32,000 nt of DNA, from positions 360,001 through 392,000 of the forward strand of contig NZ_OZ239769.1 in NCBI RefSeq assembly GCF_965196625.1. Direction: 5' to 3'. Every line of letters begins with the position of its first letter. The stretch's first letter is position 1. The notes under the pieces were generated by a model that saw nothing but the letters and a program-made list of their open reading frames with translations, ran no database searches and was not told the origin of the DNA. The position numbers were made by a program, and so were the translations under genes. Origin of the DNA: Candidatus Saccharimonadota bacterium (GTDB lineage Bacteria > Bacteroidota > Bacteroidia > Cytophagales > Amoebophilaceae). Shown here piece after piece: positions 7,185 through 14,470 of this stretch.

Positions 7185-8714
7185 TTAAGCCTTTTTTTGA
7201 GTATGATAAGGTGCATAGGCCTGCTTTACATCAAAAGCAGCCATTGTACTACCTGAAATTGCATTGATCAGCTTTTCATGTTTTAATCCATCTATATATC
7301 GATCGATGACACTGAGTAAAATACGAACGCCTTTCAAGCCTATACGAATATCCTCTGCTATAATCGCATCTATCACATTTTGGTTTAAAATAGATGGATC
7401 CATCCCTTTTTTAGTAAGCAGCTGCTTGACATAGGCTGCTGCAATAGCCTGCTTCTTTTCAGGTGTAAAACCTTGATCAAAACGAATGATTTTTACACGG
7501 CTTTCTAAGGCGGCTGCCCTATCCTCTGTTAAAGTCTCTGTAAAGGTTTTATTGGCTATCAAAACAATTTTTATATGGGAGATATCAGGAGATGCACTAT
7601 TATAACGAGATAACGGTATGGCTACTTCTTGTGCTTCTAACAGGGTATGCAAAAAACTATATACTTCTGATCCATTCTTGGATATAAAATTTTTATTTTT
7701 ATCCATGGCTAGGGCTTTATCAATTTCATCTAACACCAATATTTTATTAGACCAGTTTTGTGCCTGACTAGGTGCGCCTATCAATGTCTCTGCGATTACT
7801 CCTTTTTCAGGATCTGAGGAATAATAACTGGAACCATATACATTCTTATAATTAGAAAGATCAATAGATTGCACAGGAAGCTGCAATAAGGCGGCCAATT
7901 GTTTGGCCAAATAGGTTTTTCCAGTCCCAGGGGGACCTACAAACATAATGGGGGTTGATTTTTTAGTCAATTGCATGCTTTTGGCATCCTCTATTATAGT
8001 GGCCACCCATTCACCAATGGCCAGACGAACCTCTTCTGGATAGTTGCACATAAATTGGCGTATAGCGCCTGTATCAGGCGCAACTTGCTTAGGTCCTATA
8101 GGGAGTTGCAATACCTCCTTGATGGCATTAACCCGTTGATGATTGTAATAATCAAACCGTTGTATGGCAAAGATATGCTCGCTTAATATACGCTCTGTAA
8201 AGCTTTGGATACTTGGCGATAAAGTGTGTTTTCTTGCTTCATACTGTTTTTTGAAACCAACAGCTTCATTCAGTTTAGGGTTAGATAAGGCTGGGAAAAA
8301 TAACATAGCGCAAGAGCGTCCTATAGCTTTAAGTGGGTAAGTAGCTAAATTGCCCATTACAGGCGCAACTACAGTAGATAACTCAAAAGGTTTATTGCTG
8401 AACTGATGTAGGCCCAAAACTAAGCCAGCTGATACGCATAGTTGCGCAGTAGAGCGAAATAATTCACCCATCTGCTCTTTTATAAAAGTATTTTGTTTAG
8501 CTATTTTCCTTTTATTTGACTTCCTGGTTGAGGAAGTTTTAACAGCAGCAGCCTCTTGGCTATGATCTATTTTAGCGATGTTGTCTTTGCTGGTTGGTTT
8601 TGCCTGAAGGGGCATTACCCCCAAACTACCCAGCATAACAACTATAAGATATACATAGGTGTGCCTACCTAATCGGGTAAAATAACAAAAAGGCATTTGG
8701 AATAGATAACGCAT
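7185..8714 (-). CDS. membrane-anchored AAA+ ATPase with a Lon-type ATPase module and no protease domain
   Basis: The 509-aa ORF has an N-terminal signal/anchor (YVYLIVVMLGSLGVMPLQA) and further hydrophobic segments up to about aa 150. Walker A is FVGPPGTGKT (nt ~7915-7940) and Walker B is ILVLDEIDK (nt ~7721-7745). The region is colinear with the Lon ATPase: FLHTLLEAQEV ~ LLEVLDPEQN, ALESRVKIIRFDQGFTPEKK ~ LLDRMEVIRLSGYTEDEK, and the sensor-2-like GLKGVR ~ AGVR. The protein ends about 60 aa after the lid domain. Confidence 0.7.
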   Translation of the reverse strand: MRYLFQMPFCYFTRLGRHTYVYLIVVMLGSLGVMPLQAKPTSKDNIAKIDHSQEAAAVKTSSTRKSNKRKIAKQNTFIKEQMGELFRSTAQLCVSAGLVLGLHQFSNKPFELSTVVAPVMGNLATYPLKAIGRSCAMLFFPALSNPKLNEAVGFKKQYEARKHTLSPSIQSFTERILSEHIFAIQRFDYYNHQRVNAIKEVLQLPIGPKQVAPDTGAIRQFMCNYPEEVRLAIGEWVATIIEDAKSMQLTKKSTPIMFVGPPGTGKTYLAKQLAALLQLPVQSIDLSNYKNVYGSSYYSSDPEKGVIAETLIGAPSQAQNWSNKILVLDEIDKALAMDKNKNFISKNGSEVYSFLHTLLEAQEVAIPLSRYNSASPDISHIKIVLIANKTFTETLTEDRAAALESRVKIIRFDQGFTPEKKQAIAAAYVKQLLTKKGMDPSILNQNVIDAIIAEDIRIGLKGVRILLSVIDRYIDGLKHEKLINAISGSTMAAFDVKQAYAPYHTQKKA

Positions 8715-8892
8715 AGTAAATTATAGAGTTTTAATAAAAAAGATCCCCAAAGGGAAAGGTTCTTTGCGATGGCTTAGCATAAGGCTGCAATATAAGGAAT
8801 TTTCTATAGGTATAGCTAATGCAGTGTAGTTGTGGGTACAAATTTAGGGGTTGCAGCAACAAGCCCCTTAAATGATTTGCACCAGTATGGTA

Positions 8893-11727
8893 TCATCCCA
8901 ATTCTTTTTGTAAAAAATAACCTGTATGGCTTTCTGGTACCCTTGCCACAGCTTCTGGGGTGCCCTGCGCTACTAGGTACCCTCCCTCTTGACCACCATT
9001 GGGTCCGATGTCAATAAGATAATCTGCTACCTTGATAATATCCATGTTGTGTTCTATAATCAGTACGGTGTTGCCTTGGTCTACTAACTTTTTTAAGACA
9101 GATAGTAGCGCTACAATATCTTGAAAATGCAGACCAGTACTGGGTTCATCTAAGATATAAAGGGTCTCTCCAGTACTTTTTTTTGACAATTCTGTCGCCA
9201 GCTTAACCCGTTGTGCTTCCCCTCCTGATAAAGTAGTGGCATGTTGCCCTAAGGTAATGTATCCCAAACCTACCTGTTCTAAGGTACGGAGCTTAAACAG
9301 TATAGAGGGGTGGCTTTCAAAAAACGGAATGGCATTGGATACCGTCATATCTAAGACATCCGCAATAGATTTGCCTTTATATTGTACCTCTAGTGTTTCA
9401 CGACTGTACCGTTTGCCTTTACAGTCATCACAGTTTACATATACCTCTGGTAGAAATCCCATTTCTATACGTTGAATGCCCGCCCCTTCACAAGTATTGC
9501 ACCGGCCTTCTTTTAGGTTAAAGGAGAATCTTCCTGGCTTATAACCTCTAATTTTTGCCTCTGGCAAAATCGCAAAAAAGTTACGTATATCTGTAAACAT
9601 ACCAGTGTAGGTACTAGGATTAGAGCGAGGCGTTCTGCCTATAGGTGACTGGCTTACCTCTATAACTTTATTAATATGTTCTAATCCAATCGCTTCTGTA
9701 TAAGGTAGGGATATGGCATGGCTGTTGTAGAGGTGGTTTTTAAGAATCGGCAAGAGGGTTTTACGAATCAAGGAGGATTTTCCGCTGCCTGATACACCTG
9801 TTACACAAATCATTAGGCCCAATGGAATGGTTAAGGTTATATTTTTTAAATTATTGCCACTACACTCCTTAATGGTGAGCGTTTTACCATTGCCTTGTTT
9901 GCGATTGGGTGGCAAGGTAATGTTCCTTTTTTGGGTTAAAAATTCAGCTGTCACACTAGGTTGTGCCAAAAACTCGGCTAAAGAGCCTGCTGCAACGACT
10001 TCTCCCCCAAGAAGGCCAGCTTGAGGGCCTATTTCAATCAGATAGTCCGCCGCCAGCATCATTTCTTTATCATGCTCTACGACCAGTACGGTATTGCCTA
10101 TATCCCTAAGTGCTTTTAAGGCACCAATCAGGCGTGCATTGTCGCGTTGATGGAGGCCAATGCTTGGTTCATCAAGAATATAGAGCACACCCAATAGTTG
10201 GGTGCCTATTTGTGTAGCCAACCTAATGCGTTGTGCTTCACCGCCTGATAAGCTACTTAAGCTTCTGTTAAGATGCAAATAATCTAATCCAACATCGATT
10301 AAAAATGCCAATCGCTTGGAGATTTCTTTTATAATTTCATGGGCAATGATTTGCGCATTGCCGGTTAATAGCGTAGGCAATGCATCAAACCATTTTTTAA
10401 GTTGATCTAGGTCCATCAAAACCAAATCTGTAATGCTTTGCTCTTGAATTTTAAAGGATCTGGCAATTGGGTTTAATCTAGTGCCTTTGCAATCTGGGCA
10501 TGTAGCTGTATAGACAAATCCTTCTTCTAGGCCACCATATCGTGTAGCCGTTTCCCGCTCTTGTTGCTTGATGAGTGCACTGACAATTCCCTCAAAAGGT
10601 TCCACAAAGTTGGCAATAAGCGCAGAACGGCATTTTGTAGTATTGCCAAATAGCAACAAATTCAATACCTCTGGAGGCAATGCTTCAACTGGATCGGTAA
10701 TTTGACATTGGAAAAACTTTAATAAGGCTGCTATTTTTTTAAATAGCAATGATCCCTTATCAGGACCTAATGGTAAAATGGCGCCATTTTTAATGCTTAA
10801 GCTTTTGTCTGGAATAATGGTGTCCATATTCTGGGTCACTTCACCTAATCCATCGCAAGCGGGGCATGCGCCATAAGGCGTATTAAAAGAAAAAAGATTG
10901 GGCTCTGGTGCATCATAAGCAAGCCCTGTCTCTTCATCCATTAAATGGGTAGAGAAGTAATGCTCTTTTTGCTCAGAATCTACTAGCAATAAGGTTCCCT
11001 TACCATATTCTATAGCCAATTGTAGTGCATTTTTAATACGCTCCACCTCTTTTAGATCTATTAAGATATGGTCTATGACCAAAGCAATATCATGTTTTTT
11101 ATGGCGCGCCAGTTTTAGGTCATGCGCCAATTCAATAATGGCGCCATTGACTCTAACTTTATTGAAACCTAGGTTGATAAAACGCTTTAGTAATGCTTCA
11201 TGATGGCCTTTTCTGCTTCTAACAACAGGGGTCATTAAGGTAACCCTTTTTTTAGAGAAGGTGCGTAATAGATGGGCAAGGATTTGTGCTTCATCTTGTG
11301 TGACCATTTTGTTACCCGTAGTGTAGGCATAGGCATCTGCTATTCGTGCAAAAAGCAAACGCATAAAGTCATAAATTTCTGTAGTAGTCCCTACCGTAGA
11401 GCGTAAATTTCGATGGGTTGTTTTTTGTTCAATGGCAATAACAGGGCTTAATCCATTTATTTTATCTACTTCCGGCCTGGTTAAGCTACCTAAAAAACCG
11501 CGTGCGTAGGCACTAAAACTTTCTCGATAACGCCTTTGTCCCTCTGCATTTATGGTGTCAAAGGCCAAAGAGGATTTGCCACTTCCACTGACACCTGTAA
11601 TGATTACCAATTGATTGCGTGGAAAAGCTACATCAATATTTTTTAAATTGTGCGTCCTTGCACCTAAAACTTCTACATAATCAAATCCATAACGATCTTG
11701 GTGGACCTGTGTTGTTTTGATTTCCAT
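8893..11727 (-). CDS. uvrA: excinuclease ABC subunit A
   Basis: The 944-aa ORF has two ABC ATPase modules (GVSGSGKSSL twice, LSGGEAQR twice, LYILDEPS twice) and zinc-finger Cys pairs (CPACDG, CPDCKG, CNTCEG...CDDCKG). This is the canonical UvrA layout. Confidence 0.95.
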   Translation of the reverse strand: MEIKTTQVHQDRYGFDYVEVLGARTHNLKNIDVAFPRNQLVIITGVSGSGKSSLAFDTINAEGQRRYRESFSAYARGFLGSLTRPEVDKINGLSPVIAIEQKTTHRNLRSTVGTTTEIYDFMRLLFARIADAYAYTTGNKMVTQDEAQILAHLLRTFSKKRVTLMTPVVRSRKGHHEALLKRFINLGFNKVRVNGAIIELAHDLKLARHKKHDIALVIDHILIDLKEVERIKNALQLAIEYGKGTLLLVDSEQKEHYFSTHLMDEETGLAYDAPEPNLFSFNTPYGACPACDGLGEVTQNMDTIIPDKSLSIKNGAILPLGPDKGSLLFKKIAALLKFFQCQITDPVEALPPEVLNLLLFGNTTKCRSALIANFVEPFEGIVSALIKQQERETATRYGGLEEGFVYTATCPDCKGTRLNPIARSFKIQEQSITDLVLMDLDQLKKWFDALPTLLTGNAQIIAHEIIKEISKRLAFLIDVGLDYLHLNRSLSSLSGGEAQRIRLATQIGTQLLGVLYILDEPSIGLHQRDNARLIGALKALRDIGNTVLVVEHDKEMMLAADYLIEIGPQAGLLGGEVVAAGSLAEFLAQPSVTAEFLTQKRNITLPPNRKQGNGKTLTIKECSGNNLKNITLTIPLGLMICVTGVSGSGKSSLIRKTLLPILKNHLYNSHAISLPYTEAIGLEHINKVIEVSQSPIGRTPRSNPSTYTGMFTDIRNFFAILPEAKIRGYKPGRFSFNLKEGRCNTCEGAGIQRIEMGFLPEVYVNCDDCKGKRYSRETLEVQYKGKSIADVLDMTVSNAIPFFESHPSILFKLRTLEQVGLGYITLGQHATTLSGGEAQRVKLATELSKKSTGETLYILDEPSTGLHFQDIVALLSVLKKLVDQGNTVLIIEHNMDIIKVADYLIDIGPNGGQEGGYLVAQGTPEAVARVPESHTGYFLQKELG

Positions 11728-11802
11728 AACTTCAAAATTTTAAACCCTCATTTTTTGTACAAAATCCAAGATATAGCTTAATTTAGCGGGCGAACAATCT
11801 AC

Positions 11803-13398
11803 ATGCGATCAGCATTAAATAGTATAAGCATGAATACCACACATCGATTTTGTATAAAACTAGGTAAGATCGTCACCTATTGCTTACGGATCAAGCAAAT
11901 ACCATATATTGCTTGCCTAATGCTAGGCTGCTTGTTATCTCCCATTATATTGGCAGCAAATCATATGGGGATCAATGATCTCAAAATAAATTTGGACTCT
12001 CCATACGATACCGTATATACCCATTTTACCCTTTTAAATCCTGGTAATAAGGCTGCTGAGCATGTAGGCATTGTATTTCTACATGGAGAAACCTTTAACC
12101 AAAAAAGTAAAGAAATGGCCATTAAGTTAAAAAGATTACTAACGCTTAAGGGTATCAATATTGAAACAATACCTAAGGATCCGAATTATATGGATCCAAC
12201 GATAAATGAAAATAGATTTATTTTATCTAAAAAACTACCAAAAGTCTACCTAATCAAAGAAGGTGAACAATGGCGGTACAGTAAAGAGACATTAGATTTT
12301 ATCAGGGAGTATGAAGTATCAGATAGGTTGCATACCCTGCTATATTACTTTTTACCTGAAGAGTTTTGTAAAAAACAGATATTAAATCTTGCCATTTGGC
12401 AATATATTATGTTGATGGGCTTGGTCATCATAATTTGGCTAACCTATAAAATTATGCCTTTTTTTTTAAAATTTGTGCTGTATAAGTTTGTAGGTAGTTC
12501 CCACAAAAAATCATTTGCTATAGAACGATTGCTGATGCTGGTTATCAGCATATACTTCTTAAAGAGTGGGTTAACAATGTTCCAGTTTGAATCCTTAGCC
12601 TCTTTTTTAAACCGCCTTATAGAGGGTGCTACTTCTTTTGTATGGATGTGTTTGGCCTATGAGTGTGTTAACTTGATGCAATATAGGATCAAAATTGCCA
12701 AGAAGCATAATAAGTTTATGATGCATATTTTGCCCATCTTTAGCATAACGGCTAAAATTATTGTAGGGATTGTGGGTTTGATACAAACGATTGATAACCT
12801 TGGCTTTGCAACGGGATCTTTGGTGAAGGCGCTTTCTTTTAGTACCCTTGGCCTTGGTTTGGCCTGCCAAGATACCATTAAGAATCTATTTGGCTCACTC
12901 ATGATTACGATGGACCGGCCTTTTAGTGTGGGTGATGAAATTGTTTCCGGGGGCATCCGTGGCAAAGTAGAAGAAGTGGGTTTACGTTCCACTTTACTGC
13001 GTACAAAGGAAGGCTCTTTAGTATACATACCCAATGCAAAACTGGCTGATGCCTATATTGATAACTTTGGGAAAAGAATCTCTCGAATGGTTTCTCTAGA
13101 AGTTCCGCTAAGCTATGCGGTATCTTTGGAATTATTGCCAAGGTTTATACAAGGATTACGAGAAATTGCCGCATCTCAGCCATTGGTCCAACCAGAAAAA
13201 ACGAACATATACCTTGATAAAATGAATGAAAATGGATTTGTAGTGGTTTTTATTTTCCATTTGGATACTACTGAAAGCAGCTTGGAACATGCATGTAAGA
13301 ACAGCGTAATACCGCTGATCTTAAAACTTGCCGGCCAACTTGGCATAGGTTTGGGAAAAGTTCAATATGTTGCGCATATAGAAGCTGCGCAGCTGTAA
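11803..13398 (+). CDS. mechanosensitive ion channel family protein (MscS-like) with an extended N-terminal domain
   Basis: The 531-aa ORF has several TM helices followed by the MscS core: NLFGSLMITMDRPFSVGDEI...GKVEEVGLRSTLLRTKEGSLVYIPNAKL. The exact start codon is uncertain because several in-frame Met residues are present. Confidence 0.8.
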   Translation: MRSALNSISMNTTHRFCIKLGKIVTYCLRIKQIPYIACLMLGCLLSPIILAANHMGINDLKINLDSPYDTVYTHFTLLNPGNKAAEHVGIVFLHGETFNQKSKEMAIKLKRLLTLKGINIETIPKDPNYMDPTINENRFILSKKLPKVYLIKEGEQWRYSKETLDFIREYEVSDRLHTLLYYFLPEEFCKKQILNLAIWQYIMLMGLVIIIWLTYKIMPFFLKFVLYKFVGSSHKKSFAIERLLMLVISIYFLKSGLTMFQFESLASFLNRLIEGATSFVWMCLAYECVNLMQYRIKIAKKHNKFMMHILPIFSITAKIIVGIVGLIQTIDNLGFATGSLVKALSFSTLGLGLACQDTIKNLFGSLMITMDRPFSVGDEIVSGGIRGKVEEVGLRSTLLRTKEGSLVYIPNAKLADAYIDNFGKRISRMVSLEVPLSYAVSLELLPRFIQGLREIAASQPLVQPEKTNIYLDKMNENGFVVVFIFHLDTTESSLEHACKNSVIPLILKLAGQLGIGLGKVQYVAHIEAAQL

Positions 13399-13415
13399 GG
13401 GTTTAGGGATGCCTT

Positions 13416-14459
13416 TTACCACTGATTTGAACAGATACTGATGCCATCTACAATGTTAACTTCTGGTATTAGCGTGATATCAAACTGATTTTTTACTTTT
13501 TGTTTGATTTGGGTAGCTAGGTGTATAATATCTTTACCAGTAGCGCCTCCATAGTTTACAAGTATAAGCGCGTGCAGCAGATATACACCTGCATCTCCTT
13601 TGCGTAGGCCTTTAAAGCCTGCCGTTTCTATTAGCCATGCTGCTGAAATTTTTATCTTTTCTTTGTCTTGCCTTCTAAAGGCAGCTAACAAGGGATACTG
13701 CTGTTTAAGCCGTTCGTAATGTTCCATAGATATCAACGGATTTTGAAAAAAACTACCTGCATTACCCAAAAGAGCAGGGTCTGGAAGCTTTTGCTTTCGA
13801 ATGGCAATAATGGCGTCACTTATGGATTTAAATGACAACTGCTTGATGTCCATTTTGGCCAGCATTTTTTGGATCGCTTCATATTCTATGTAAAATTTTT
13901 TTTCTTTATGCAACGCTAGTGTGATGCTTGTAACTAAATATTGCTGCCGCCATTTTGTCTTGAAAAAGCTTGTTCTATAACCAAAACCACATGCTGAAGC
14001 TTTAAAAATTATTTTTCGTCCAGTTGATAATTCAACTGCTTCAATGGCATCTAGTATATCTTTAAGCTCTATACCATATGCCCCGATATTTTGTATCGGC
14101 GCACCACCAACTGTTCCTGGAATAAACGAAAGGTTTTCTATGCCCCCATATCCCTTTTTTATGCAGAATAAAACCAGCTGATGCCAGGGTACACCTGCCG
14201 CTGCTTTAATCAGAACTTTGTGGCGCGTTTCTTTTATTACTTCAATACCAGGTAGTTGAACATGAAGTATATAACCAGAAAAGTCTCTGACAAATAGTGT
14301 ATTGCTACCACCACCTAGAATATAAAAATGGCTTTGTCTGACATCTACTGCAACACAAAAATCCTCTATATCTTTTAGACTATTTAGCTGAATGTAATCG
14401 GTTGCAAATGCTGGAACCTTGAAACTATTTAATGATTGTAAAGGGTATGGGGCGTTCAT
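13416..14459 (-). CDS. murB: UDP-N-acetylenolpyruvoylglucosamine reductase (type I MurB)
   Basis: The 347-aa ORF is colinear with E. coli MurB: LGGGSNTLF, IPGTVGGAPIQNIGAYG, CGFGYRTSFFK, LPDP...GNAGSFFQNP, SAAWLIE, PEV. Confidence 0.9.
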   Translation of the reverse strand: MNAPYPLQSLNSFKVPAFATDYIQLNSLKDIEDFCVAVDVRQSHFYILGGGSNTLFVRDFSGYILHVQLPGIEVIKETRHKVLIKAAAGVPWHQLVLFCIKKGYGGIENLSFIPGTVGGAPIQNIGAYGIELKDILDAIEAVELSTGRKIIFKASACGFGYRTSFFKTKWRQQYLVTSITLALHKEKKFYIEYEAIQKMLAKMDIKQLSFKSISDAIIAIRKQKLPDPALLGNAGSFFQNPLISMEHYERLKQQYPLLAAFRRQDKEKIKISAAWLIETAGFKGLRKGDAGVYLLHALILVNYGGATGKDIIHLATQIKQKVKNQFDITLIPEVNIVDGISICSNQW

Positions 14460-14470
14460 TAATTTTTTTC

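Noticed and set aside
8846-8868. The hairpin agggg-N13-cccct just downstream of the uvrA stop as a terminator
   Set aside because: It has only 5 bp with a 13-nt loop and no U-run on the minus strand, which is too weak to call.
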